Shown piece after piece: positions 19,005 through 27,860 of a stretch of 64,000 nt of DNA. A model generated the notes under the pieces. That model was not told the origin of the DNA. It saw nothing but the letters and a program-made list of their open reading frames with translations, and did no database searches. Origin of the DNA: a virus; IMG/VR virus record IMGVR_UViG_3300036985_008365, positions 3,669 through 67,668 of that record. The stretch is one strand, 5' to 3'. The position numbers were made by a program, and so were the translations under genes. Within the stretch, counting starts at the first letter, position 1; every line of letters begins with the position of its first letter.

Positions 19005-19021
19005 AATTTAATTTTGAGACG

Positions 19022-19546
19022 ATGACCAAACAAACGAACAAACTAAAAAAGAAGATTACAATTTTAGGCTGTTTGGCTAATGAGTCAACGGGAAAAAGCC
19101 GAAAGTTGTTAAAGAAATACGGTAAAGCCGACGCCACAAATCATGGCGACTTGGAAATGAAACTTTCCGAACTTTACAAAGAGACCGACGACAAAAAAGC
19201 GTTGGAAAAAGAATTTGCGGAAATACACCCGCACAGAGATTTTATTTTAAAAAATTATACACCAAAACCTGAAGTGGTTGCGGTTCAGTCAAAGGAAGTT
19301 GAAGTTGTTGTTTCAGAGCCAATAAAAGAGGTTGCTCAAACCCCAACTGTTATTTCAACAATGCCTGAACTAAAAAGTAATTGTTCGGGAGGTGGTTGTA
19401 GTTGTGGTTGCTCGGGATTTGACGGTGCAACTAATTCTGTTTCTAACGGTCAACAAGGCTCGGGAACGAATGACAAACTAATTATTTTGGGTATGTTCGG
19501 ATTTGTTAGTATTTTAGCATTGGTACTAATTACAAAAAACAAATAA
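19022..19546 (+). CDS. Tail-anchored putative virion protein
   Basis: IHPH and CSCGCSGFDG motifs, C-terminal TM plus KNK. Confidence 0.65.
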   Translation: MTKQTNKLKKKITILGCLANESTGKSRKLLKKYGKADATNHGDLEMKLSELYKETDDKKALEKEFAEIHPHRDFILKNYTPKPEVVAVQSKEVEVVVSEPIKEVAQTPTVISTMPELKSNCSGGGCSCGCSGFDGATNSVSNGQQGSGTNDKLIILGMFGFVSILALVLITKNK

Positions 19547-19552
19547 GAATTT

Positions 19553-20023
19553 ATGCAAACAAAAACAATTTTACAAGACGCACCAATTTTAAAGCCCAAC
19601 GTTGAACACAAAAATTTTACCGAAACGGGCGAAATATATAAAAAAGGAGCGGAAGTAATAGGTGATTGGAAAGATATTAACGGGTTACGTAGAGGTAAGC
19701 CCTTCACATATAAAGTTTTTATTACTAATGAAAATGAAATTATTTACTCTAAATTCGTAGAACCAATGACAGAAGTTACAATGGGCGCTGATTCACAAGT
19801 GTCCGCCACAAAAGTCGAAATGATACCCGCAGAAAGAAAAACCACAACTATTCGAGTAGTATCGTCTGTTGCGGGTGCTCTAATCGGATATACGTTTGGA
19901 CGAAAGAAAAATTATGACCGTAATAAATCTCTAATGCTTGCGGGCGTTGGTGCTTTGGCGGGGTATTTAGTATCAAGACAGTTTACCAAGAACGACGGTA
20001 TAACTGTTCAAAAAGCAAAATAA
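19553..20023 (+). CDS. Putative virion membrane protein with C-terminal Gly-rich TM hairpin
   Basis: VAGALIGY..LAGVGALAGYL. Confidence 0.65.
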   Translation: MQTKTILQDAPILKPNVEHKNFTETGEIYKKGAEVIGDWKDINGLRRGKPFTYKVFITNENEIIYSKFVEPMTEVTMGADSQVSATKVEMIPAERKTTTIRVVSSVAGALIGYTFGRKKNYDRNKSLMLAGVGALAGYLVSRQFTKNDGITVQKAK

Positions 20024-20024
20024 A

Positions 20025-21410
20025 ATGGAGACAACAATAATTACTTTAGCACCTACGTCTTCAAACCAACCAATGACGGTTAGAACAACCGCCTCATTTG
20101 AAGAAGCGTTTGGAGAATTTTCAGAAGCCCGAGGAAAGGGACGTGCTCGACGCAAGGCTCGAAAATTGTCAAAAATCAGTGACAAACAAGAGGTAAAGCA
20201 AGCCCGTAAAGGCGGTCGTCAAGAGGCAAGAATTGCTCGACGAACAACAAGAAAAACCTCAAGACAAGCCCTACGAGATAGTCAACAAGCCTCAAGAAGT
20301 CAAAGAAGAGGTAATATTCGTGCGGAACGTCAAGAGGCGAGAGAGGCGAAACAAGCCCGAAAGGACACAAATGCAAGAGGCGAGCAAGAAAGAGAAAACT
20401 ACGCTCAAGAGCAAGAACAATATAGAGAAAGTCTTCAGCCACAAGATAACGGCGGTTCTGAAAGCCCTGAAAGCGAGGGAAATGAAATGACTGATAATGG
20501 CGGTTATGCTCCTCAAAGTTCTTCTTATCCTGAAGACGGTGCTTCAGGCACTTATTCAGAGGATGAAGATTGGAATACGCCACCTCAAGGTTACGACGAT
20601 GAGGGCTATTCAGAAGACGATTCAGAAGGCGGATACAGTGAAGAGGACTACGGAAATGAAGAGGAAGGTGATTACAACAACGCTGACGGCGATGCAACAG
20701 TAAGCCCTCGCCTTGTTCAGCACATGGCAGATATTGATGAAGAGAAACGTCAAGTATCGGATTTAATGAAACGTCGCGCTATGATGCAAAAAATTGGTAG
20801 CCCAATAACGGGAATTGATATGCAGATTGAGCGACGAATGAAAAAAGTTCAAGCGATGTATGCTAAAATTGCGGATTATTCAAACGCCGACGGTGACGCT
20901 AAAAAAGCAAAAGCCCGACGTTCGGAAATTCGAAGAGCCCAAAATAAAGCACGTGGTAGAGGCAAAGGATATAAAGCGGGTAAACCAAGAAATCCTAACG
21001 CTATGCAACAAATGCGTAACCGAAAAAGAAATTTAAATTGCGTTGACGGTGGTTCTGAAACTCCCGTTGAAGCAGAACTTAACCCACAGTTTTCGCCGAA
21101 CAGAATTGTAGTTCCCGCAAAAATGAAGTCTTCTTTTGAAGGTGAAACGGGCTACGATGATATTATGGATTCTTTGGATGATTTTGACTACGATACAATG
21201 ACAGAAAACGGAAGACCCGTAGTTTTTGACAACAACGCCGTAGTAAGTCAACCGAGTTATATGGGAGACGATTATCCTACGCCACGCGTGTACGAATTAA
21301 AGTCTAACGCTTCAGGAGAGAACAAGGTAGTTTGGAAATCAATTGCTATTGGAGTCGGTATTGGAGTATTGGCTTTGTATCTTGCAAAAAGGTATAAAAT
21401 TATAAAATAA
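20025..21410 (+). CDS. Low-complexity basic/acidic core-like protein with C-terminal TM
   Basis: Alternating R/K-rich and D/E-rich blocks bounded by SEARG, NNADG, SNADG, SSFEG and SNASG. Confidence 0.65.
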   Translation: METTIITLAPTSSNQPMTVRTTASFEEAFGEFSEARGKGRARRKARKLSKISDKQEVKQARKGGRQEARIARRTTRKTSRQALRDSQQASRSQRRGNIRAERQEAREAKQARKDTNARGEQERENYAQEQEQYRESLQPQDNGGSESPESEGNEMTDNGGYAPQSSSYPEDGASGTYSEDEDWNTPPQGYDDEGYSEDDSEGGYSEEDYGNEEEGDYNNADGDATVSPRLVQHMADIDEEKRQVSDLMKRRAMMQKIGSPITGIDMQIERRMKKVQAMYAKIADYSNADGDAKKAKARRSEIRRAQNKARGRGKGYKAGKPRNPNAMQQMRNRKRNLNCVDGGSETPVEAELNPQFSPNRIVVPAKMKSSFEGETGYDDIMDSLDDFDYDTMTENGRPVVFDNNAVVSQPSYMGDDYPTPRVYELKSNASGENKVVWKSIAIGVGIGVLALYLAKRYKIIK

Positions 21411-21421
21411 AGGTTCAACTG

Positions 21422-21455
21422 AAAACTCGCGGAAGGACTTCTTTTGCGAGTTTTT
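21422..21455 (+). terminator. Intrinsic terminator
   Basis: AAAACTCGCGGAAG..CTTTTGCGAGTTTTT hairpin plus T tract. Confidence 0.75.
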
Positions 21456-21470
21456 GTTTATTTGAAATAA

Positions 21471-22130
21471 ATGCGAGACTTATATTTAACAGCGACAAAT
21501 TTCAATGGGCACGTTATGCAACGTGTGGGTCAAACTATTGTAGAAGATAGACAAGCGATTATAGACCTTTTGGAAAGCGCTGAAATAGATATGAACCCAA
21601 ACGCGTCTGACCTTGAAATTTCGGACGCATATTTATATTATCTGCCTGAAAACGATAGTTTAAAATATGGCACGGCTTATCTGATTGAACTTAAAGACAA
21701 AAGTAGTTTTGACGGCTCTGTCAGCAACGAGTCAATCTATAAAACCTACGACAAACTTTATGATTATTGGGACGTCGAAGACCCCGATGACTATGAAGAT
21801 TACGCCGACGAAGAAGAGGACAAAAGTAATGTGCTCGGTCTTGTAGGGGGTATTGTATCGGGAGGCTTGGGTGTTGCCAACAAAGTCATTGAAGGTAAGC
21901 AAAAGCAAAAATACGGTGCTTTGGACTACGCTCAAAAACAAGCGGAGGCTCAACAAGCGCTTCTTTCAGGCATCATGGCTCAAAAACAAGCGCAACTTCA
22001 AGCGCAACAAAAAGCCGATGAGTTGAAAGCAAAGAAAAGAAAAACCACTATTATAGTGACGGCTTCAGTAATTGGAGTTCTTGCAATAATCACAGCGGTA
22101 GTTTATTTACGTTCAAAAGCAAAAACATGA
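21471..22130 (+). CDS. Tail-anchored putative virion protein
   Basis: Acidic N-terminal half, SSFDG, Q-rich coil, C-terminal TM. Confidence 0.65.
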   Translation: MRDLYLTATNFNGHVMQRVGQTIVEDRQAIIDLLESAEIDMNPNASDLEISDAYLYYLPENDSLKYGTAYLIELKDKSSFDGSVSNESIYKTYDKLYDYWDVEDPDDYEDYADEEEDKSNVLGLVGGIVSGGLGVANKVIEGKQKQKYGALDYAQKQAEAQQALLSGIMAQKQAQLQAQQKADELKAKKRKTTIIVTASVIGVLAIITAVVYLRSKAKT

Positions 22131-22231
22131 GCAAGTTTTTAGGATATTTAGCCATTGCGAGCGTTGTATGGTTGACATATAAGCAGTTCCAAAAGGCAAA
22201 GAATGAAGACACGCCCAAAATAAAGAAATAG
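22127..22231 (+). CDS. 34-aa membrane peptide (not in ORF track)
   Basis: ATGA overlap; MSKFLGYLAIASVVWLTYKQFQKAKNEDTPKIKK. Confidence 0.65.
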   Translation: MSKFLGYLAIASVVWLTYKQFQKAKNEDTPKIKK

Positions 22232-22236
22232 TCTGT

Positions 22237-22761
22237 ATGAAAAAGACGTATATCATATCAACCACGGTAAAAGTTCCTTTTGTCGTTAATAGTGGGCAAG
22301 CGCATAGACCACCTCAAATCAAGTTTCGAACTTTCAAAAAGGGAGAAATGGTTCAAGGAGAGTTAAAGCACTCAAATAACAAACCCTCATTTGTTTTAGT
22401 GGGCAAAATGGGTGTTATTCCAATTGAATGTGTTCAAGAGGTAAATAGCACTCCAATTGGAGTGCCAACGACGTCTAATGCAAGTGGAGAGACAGCCGTA
22501 GAAATAGCGGACGAAAAAAACAAAGAGGTGATTGTTCAAAACCCTAAAATTCGTTATGCAGATGCTTTTTTAATTGGAGCGTTAGTAGGCTTTTTGGGGG
22601 TTCATTTTGCACAGAAAAAGGGATATATTCCTGACGAAGACAAAAAGTACAAATTATATGGCGCGTTAGGCGTTGGATTATTGGGTGCATATCTTGTATA
22701 TCGCAGTCAGTCTTCAAAAAAAACAGTTAAACCCGTTGTTAAAATAGCAAAAAAAGAATAA
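22237..22761 (+). CDS. Putative virion membrane protein, architecture like 19553-20023
   Basis: SH3-like N-terminus, SNASG, C-terminal TM hairpin. Confidence 0.6.
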   Translation: MKKTYIISTTVKVPFVVNSGQAHRPPQIKFRTFKKGEMVQGELKHSNNKPSFVLVGKMGVIPIECVQEVNSTPIGVPTTSNASGETAVEIADEKNKEVIVQNPKIRYADAFLIGALVGFLGVHFAQKKGYIPDEDKKYKLYGALGVGLLGAYLVYRSQSSKKTVKPVVKIAKKE

Positions 22762-22762
22762 T

Positions 22763-23155
22763 ATGTTAGTAATGACTAAAGCACCAATTATCGAGGAAGT
22801 TTCCTCGGCAAATGGTAGAAAAGGAAAAAGAGCAAAATCAGGAAAAGTTTCAGATTCTTTGAAAAAAGGATATGCTCGTCTGAAAGAAGCGGGAGGAGTT
22901 CCCGTAATTGAAAATCTTCTTGGAATAGGTGCGGTTGGTGCGAATATGCCACCCGTTGACGGAAACTTGCTTATAACTGACCCAAATGCCGACAAAAAAC
23001 CTGACGCCGACGCGGACAAAAAACCTGAAGGTATGAGCAAAACGACTAAAATCGTCTTAATATCTGTAGGTGTTTTGGCTGTAGCGGGGATTGCTTACTA
23101 TTTGTATGCACGTAGTAAAGGCGGAAAAGTTTCTTCAGCAACAATTAAGGCGTAA
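22763..23155 (+). CDS. Tail-anchored protein with MxVxT.xPII leader
   Basis: MLVMTKAPIIEEVSSANG then RKGKRAK; GMSKTTKIVLISVG TM. Confidence 0.65.
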   Translation: MLVMTKAPIIEEVSSANGRKGKRAKSGKVSDSLKKGYARLKEAGGVPVIENLLGIGAVGANMPPVDGNLLITDPNADKKPDADADKKPEGMSKTTKIVLISVGVLAVAGIAYYLYARSKGGKVSSATIKA

Positions 23156-23161
23156 GAACCT

Positions 23162-23947
23162 ATGGAACAAAATTGGGAGACAGAGAATCGAGCGATTTCT
23201 TTAGTTGTAGAAATTAAGTGCGAAGGTAAATGCCAATTTAGGGTTGTTGCCTCTGACTCAAAGCCCCGTTCAAAATATGCGGATAGGACTATTGAAGTTG
23301 ACGGCTTCAGAAGTATCTTTTTGTCATTTCCCGTAACGCCAAAAGCCTTAAAAATTAGAGTAGAACCCGTAAAGGGCACGCCGACAAATAATTACATTGT
23401 CAATATTAAAGAAAAGGAACTTACGGCGTATGAAATACACGTTGACGAAGCGACTCAAAAATTCTTAAATTTGGCGGTCTTCTTTTCACAAGTTGCGGGC
23501 TTCGAGCAAGCCAATAAAGACGGACGTATTTTCAAAACGGTTGACAATAGTTATAGAATAAAATACTTTCCCGTTATAGTTGATTTTGCGTCTAACACGG
23601 TACTTAACACTCCCGCTCGAATTGGACACCAAACGGGTACAATAGAGGTTAGCAAGCGGTCATTTGACGGATACACAGTAGCGATGAGAATGATGATATT
23701 GCTTCATGAATATTCGCACGTGTTCAAAAACCCAAAAATGGGATTGGACATTAGCAACGAAATAGGCGCGGACATCAACGCTTTATACGTATATTTGGGA
23801 TTAGGATTTTCAAAAGTTGACGCCGTCTATGTTTACGCCAACGTATTTTTAAAAGCGCAGTCAAAAAGCAATTTGAAGCGTATGCGAAAAATAATGGAAT
23901 ACATTAAGCGTTTTGAGAATCAGGAATTTGCTAAAAAATTAAAATAA
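23162..23947 (+). CDS. Zincin metallopeptidase (HExxH), candidate maturation protease
   Basis: ILLHEYSH (HEYSH at 23705-23719) and downstream NEIGADINA third-ligand motif. Confidence 0.7.
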   Translation: MEQNWETENRAISLVVEIKCEGKCQFRVVASDSKPRSKYADRTIEVDGFRSIFLSFPVTPKALKIRVEPVKGTPTNNYIVNIKEKELTAYEIHVDEATQKFLNLAVFFSQVAGFEQANKDGRIFKTVDNSYRIKYFPVIVDFASNTVLNTPARIGHQTGTIEVSKRSFDGYTVAMRMMILLHEYSHVFKNPKMGLDISNEIGADINALYVYLGLGFSKVDAVYVYANVFLKAQSKSNLKRMRKIMEYIKRFENQEFAKKLK

Positions 23948-25179
23948 TGAGTTGGGAAGATTTAGACTTAATGGGCGATGACTCTCAAGACGGAATGTTC
24001 GGCTCTGAAATTTACAATTCTGAACCTTTGGCAGAAGGTACACAATACGACGTTGATGACTATGAAGACAACAACGAATATTATGAGGCTGACGGTGAAG
24101 ATTATGACGAGGACGGATACGGAGATTACTATGACGACGAGGATATTTTAGATATTTCTGACATTGACTTTTCAGGATTGGACGGAAAGAATTTGAAGTC
24201 AGACTTAAAAAAGGTCAACCGTGCGGTTAGCAACAAAAAAGTTGTCAGCCGAACGAAGTCACGCGCCTTAACATCAGGTCAGCCAATTAAAAAAGTTGTT
24301 AAAAGACCGACTCGCCAAATGGTTAAAAAGCCAACGGCTAAACCTATTTCAGTTCAAAAGCCCTTAATCAAGCCTAAACAAAAGCCCTTGGCTCAAAAGC
24401 CCTTGGCTCAAAAGCCGACGGCTAAACCGACGGTTTCAAAAGGCGGTACGCCAAGACCTCCTAACCAAAGTCAAAAGCGGGTAGATATTCCCGTTAAAAG
24501 ACGAGCGGTTATTCAAGGAAAAAGAGGTCGAAAAACCACCGAAAGAATTTTAGTGCCTGAAGACCGCACCGTGATAGTTGAAGGTGTCGATAGATTTATG
24601 CTTGCCAACAATAAAAACAGTGAGGCTATAAGAAATATTGGGTATTATAAAGGTGAAAAGTTGAAGGAAATGGTTCTTATCATTAACAATGCTACCCCAA
24701 ACGATATTGACTTGGAGTTATTTAACCCCTCTCAACCCCTTGATTATTTATACTCAACTTCTCAAAACTTAAACAACGTCGTTTCAGTTGCGGGAAATAA
24801 TTTAGTGGAGTATAGTGATTTATTGTTCAATTTATTAGCCAATCCCGCCTTTTTACCAAACGCCAAGTTTACAGTAACGGGTCTACAAGTGCAACAACAG
24901 TTCAGTCAGCCACTTATTTTTAAGAACAAGAGCGTAGCGGGTCATGAAAAAATTCACCCTATTCAAAACAATTTGAATATCGACATAGACCAAAATCAAC
25001 AGCGAATTGTCTATTGGAACATTTTAGAGACTTTAGGACGTGCTTTTATTCCTGACGGAATGGACGTTATTCAGTACAAAGTTTTAGCGGGTAACTCGGT
25101 AGTATTTGGCTTTTACTATAAACAAGTTTCTTTGAAAAAGTTCTTCTATACTGAAGCAAGAGATAAAAGGATTCTATGA
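23947..25179 (+). CDS. Capsid-protein paralogue with acidic and basic N-terminal extensions
   Basis: C-terminal about 170 aa aligns by eye with 18195 (YSDLL, QFSQPL, DIDQNQQRI, PDG). Confidence 0.6.
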   Translation: MSWEDLDLMGDDSQDGMFGSEIYNSEPLAEGTQYDVDDYEDNNEYYEADGEDYDEDGYGDYYDDEDILDISDIDFSGLDGKNLKSDLKKVNRAVSNKKVVSRTKSRALTSGQPIKKVVKRPTRQMVKKPTAKPISVQKPLIKPKQKPLAQKPLAQKPTAKPTVSKGGTPRPPNQSQKRVDIPVKRRAVIQGKRGRKTTERILVPEDRTVIVEGVDRFMLANNKNSEAIRNIGYYKGEKLKEMVLIINNATPNDIDLELFNPSQPLDYLYSTSQNLNNVVSVAGNNLVEYSDLLFNLLANPAFLPNAKFTVTGLQVQQQFSQPLIFKNKSVAGHEKIHPIQNNLNIDIDQNQQRIVYWNILETLGRAFIPDGMDVIQYKVLAGNSVVFGFYYKQVSLKKFFYTEARDKRIL

Positions 25180-27860
25180 CACTTTCGGCACAAAAATATG
25201 CAAACACGTTCCGTACTGTAGGCGGTTTAATAAACACTGTTTTTGATAGCGACGTTATTTTACTTTGTGATACAAGTTTGGGTGCTGTAAACATTGATTT
25301 AGCAGAAATCCCCGCGAACTTTTGGAATACCGTATATAAATTATATGTTGTCGATAAAAGCAACAATGCGGGTGTTAACAACATAACGATAAAAGCCCCT
25401 TTAGGATACACTGTAAACAACGCGAGTACGTTTGTTGTAAATGTTAACGGAGGGTCTGCAATAGTTCGAATTATTTCTAACACGTCTTACGTTGCTGAAA
25501 CAAATTACGGATTTGGTTCAGGACTTGCAGTTCAAAACGAAGGCGTGCCCATAACTCCGTCGGCAACCACAATGAATTTTGTCGGAGCGGGAGTTAATGC
25601 AACCGCTGTTGGTGGATTTGTTACAATTGATATTGCGGGAACGGCTGTAGTGCCTCTTACAAGTGCTCAATTATTAACTTTAATTGCAACAAACGCTGTA
25701 GTGCCAAACACTTGGTATTTAGTCAGCAATGCAATTTTCACTTTAACATTAAGCGACACAGTACCAATTCTTGTTCAGGGCGTGACCACTAATTCGGTTT
25801 CTCTTTCAGGGAGCGGAATATTTTTGAACGCGGATTACCAATTAGTCGGAAATTATTCAGGCGTTTTGGGGTTTGTTTCAAACCTCGGTGTTTGGCAGTC
25901 AACACTTATCACCGTTATTGGGAGCGTCGTTATTTGGAACAATCTTCAGTATGTAAATACCACGGGTGTAAATGGAATAAGCAATCCTTCTTTGGACGCG
26001 GTGAATTGGACTGTTTTAGCAAAAAACTCAACCAACGGTTATATTCAAGCGGTGGATGATATAACCTACCAAGCCTCTTCTAACAATATTTTAAGCCGTT
26101 CGGACGTAAGGAATAATTTTGTTGAAAACAATAGAATTTCATACGCTACAGTTACCGAGGCTTTTTATCAATTTCAGTGGGGCAATAATCAGGTACAATC
26201 AAATTCTGTTTCGAGCGACTCTGTGTTCATTTGCTTGAACAACTACGTAATAGGAAGTCCCGCTATTGCAATCTTACCCGCTATTTTTGGAAATCAAGTT
26301 TCGGAAAGAAGTCAATGTAATTTGCAGATAAACACCCGCATTTTTCAAAACAACTCAATCAAACAATCCGTTGACTTGAGGATTATAAGTAATTCAGGCA
26401 TCATTGCTAAAAATGATTTTTCACAAAACGGGACGTTTATTTTAGAAAACGGAATAGGTTCAAATTTTGGAGACAATACCATTTGCAAACTGTTTCAATG
26501 CGATATTCATAACTTGAGCAACAACGCCAATTTTGTCGCAAATCATATTGAGTCAAGCACTGTCAACATAGTTACGAATACGGAGGATTTTAGCCTCAAC
26601 CGAATATTAAATTCTACCGTTAATATAAACGTTTCAAACAACAATATTACTGATAATGTTTTCGAGACCGCTAATTTCGATGTATTGACGATAAACACGG
26701 GAAGCATTATTGGAAACAGAGTCACGACGAGGGGCGGGCTTTCTGTCAATCAAAACGACGGGCAGATTGTAAACAACGTTATCAGCGGGAACAGTACACT
26801 GTCGATTATTAACATCAATCAAAACGAGGTTATAGGCAACATAGTTAGAGGGTTTAGTTTATTAAATATTACGACAAACAACGGCTTCATTAACAATAAT
26901 GAATTTACTACACAAACAACCGTTTCAATTGTTACAAATGGCGGAATAATTAACCTTAATATAGCCTCTAATAACTGTATATTCAGTGTAGAAGAGAACA
27001 CCTCAAGAGGCGATATTTCAGAAAACATAATTTCAACGTCAACCTTTCAGGTACAAGTAATAAATAAGAATCTAATCAAGACCAACATAGTTCGTCAAAA
27101 CTCTATTTTAAGAGTGGATACAAACGACGCTGATGGTGAGATATTACAAAACACAGTGTTGCAAGAGAGCAAAATCATTATTGGTAGCAACGATGGTTTT
27201 GTAGGTCAATCAGGCAGATACGACGGAAATTATTTAACACAACAATCCACTTTAACTTTAGGAACTGTTTTAAATGCTAATTATGTTGGCAGTATTACTT
27301 CAGGTCAAGGAAGCCGACTCACTGTTACAACTGTAAATGATGAATTTGGGCGTCTCGTTACAAACTTTACTGTTATCACAATTGGTACGCTAAATTCTCG
27401 ATTTTCAAGTTTGAACATTACAAAAGGAGGGTATGTCGTTCCGATTCATAACCAAATATTTGAATTGGGAACTTTTGATTATGGGCTGTCTACAATAAAG
27501 TGTGAAGTTGATATGTCAGACCCAACAGTTTACAACCCCGCAACGTTTACCCTTACATTAACTATTTCTACGGGTTTAGTGCTTTGTGGTGAGATAACTT
27601 TAATTAACGGTGGGGGCTCAACAATAAAAAAAATAACTAATATGAATTTTTACGCTCCGACTACTTTTTACAGCGGGAGCGGTACAGTTACTTTTGATTC
27701 TGTGGCGGTAGCGGGTGCTTTACCAACTGAAATAGTGTCAACTTTAGGAGCAACTTCTTTTGCAATTGCTTATAATGTAAACGCGCAGAACTTTATTACT
27801 TTCCGTCCCTCAATTTTTTCAAGCATACGACAAATTGACCAAGTAAATATTTATTTATAA
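25176..27860 (+). CDS. Spike/receptor-binding protein 1 (Asn-rich beta-helix)
   Basis: N-terminal CDTSLGAVNIDL domain; NxI/GNx solenoid repeats. Confidence 0.7.
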   Translation: MTLSAQKYANTFRTVGGLINTVFDSDVILLCDTSLGAVNIDLAEIPANFWNTVYKLYVVDKSNNAGVNNITIKAPLGYTVNNASTFVVNVNGGSAIVRIISNTSYVAETNYGFGSGLAVQNEGVPITPSATTMNFVGAGVNATAVGGFVTIDIAGTAVVPLTSAQLLTLIATNAVVPNTWYLVSNAIFTLTLSDTVPILVQGVTTNSVSLSGSGIFLNADYQLVGNYSGVLGFVSNLGVWQSTLITVIGSVVIWNNLQYVNTTGVNGISNPSLDAVNWTVLAKNSTNGYIQAVDDITYQASSNNILSRSDVRNNFVENNRISYATVTEAFYQFQWGNNQVQSNSVSSDSVFICLNNYVIGSPAIAILPAIFGNQVSERSQCNLQINTRIFQNNSIKQSVDLRIISNSGIIAKNDFSQNGTFILENGIGSNFGDNTICKLFQCDIHNLSNNANFVANHIESSTVNIVTNTEDFSLNRILNSTVNINVSNNNITDNVFETANFDVLTINTGSIIGNRVTTRGGLSVNQNDGQIVNNVISGNSTLSIININQNEVIGNIVRGFSLLNITTNNGFINNNEFTTQTTVSIVTNGGIINLNIASNNCIFSVEENTSRGDISENIISTSTFQVQVINKNLIKTNIVRQNSILRVDTNDADGEILQNTVLQESKIIIGSNDGFVGQSGRYDGNYLTQQSTLTLGTVLNANYVGSITSGQGSRLTVTTVNDEFGRLVTNFTVITIGTLNSRFSSLNITKGGYVVPIHNQIFELGTFDYGLSTIKCEVDMSDPTVYNPATFTLTLTISTGLVLCGEITLINGGGSTIKKITNMNFYAPTTFYSGSGTVTFDSVAVAGALPTEIVSTLGATSFAIAYNVNAQNFITFRPSIFSSIRQIDQVNIYL

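Noticed and set aside
12841-24430. Short tandem repeats (GATPSG x2 near 12847, QQP near 15150, KPLAQ x2 near 24381)
   Set aside because: Ordinary low-complexity coding slippage.
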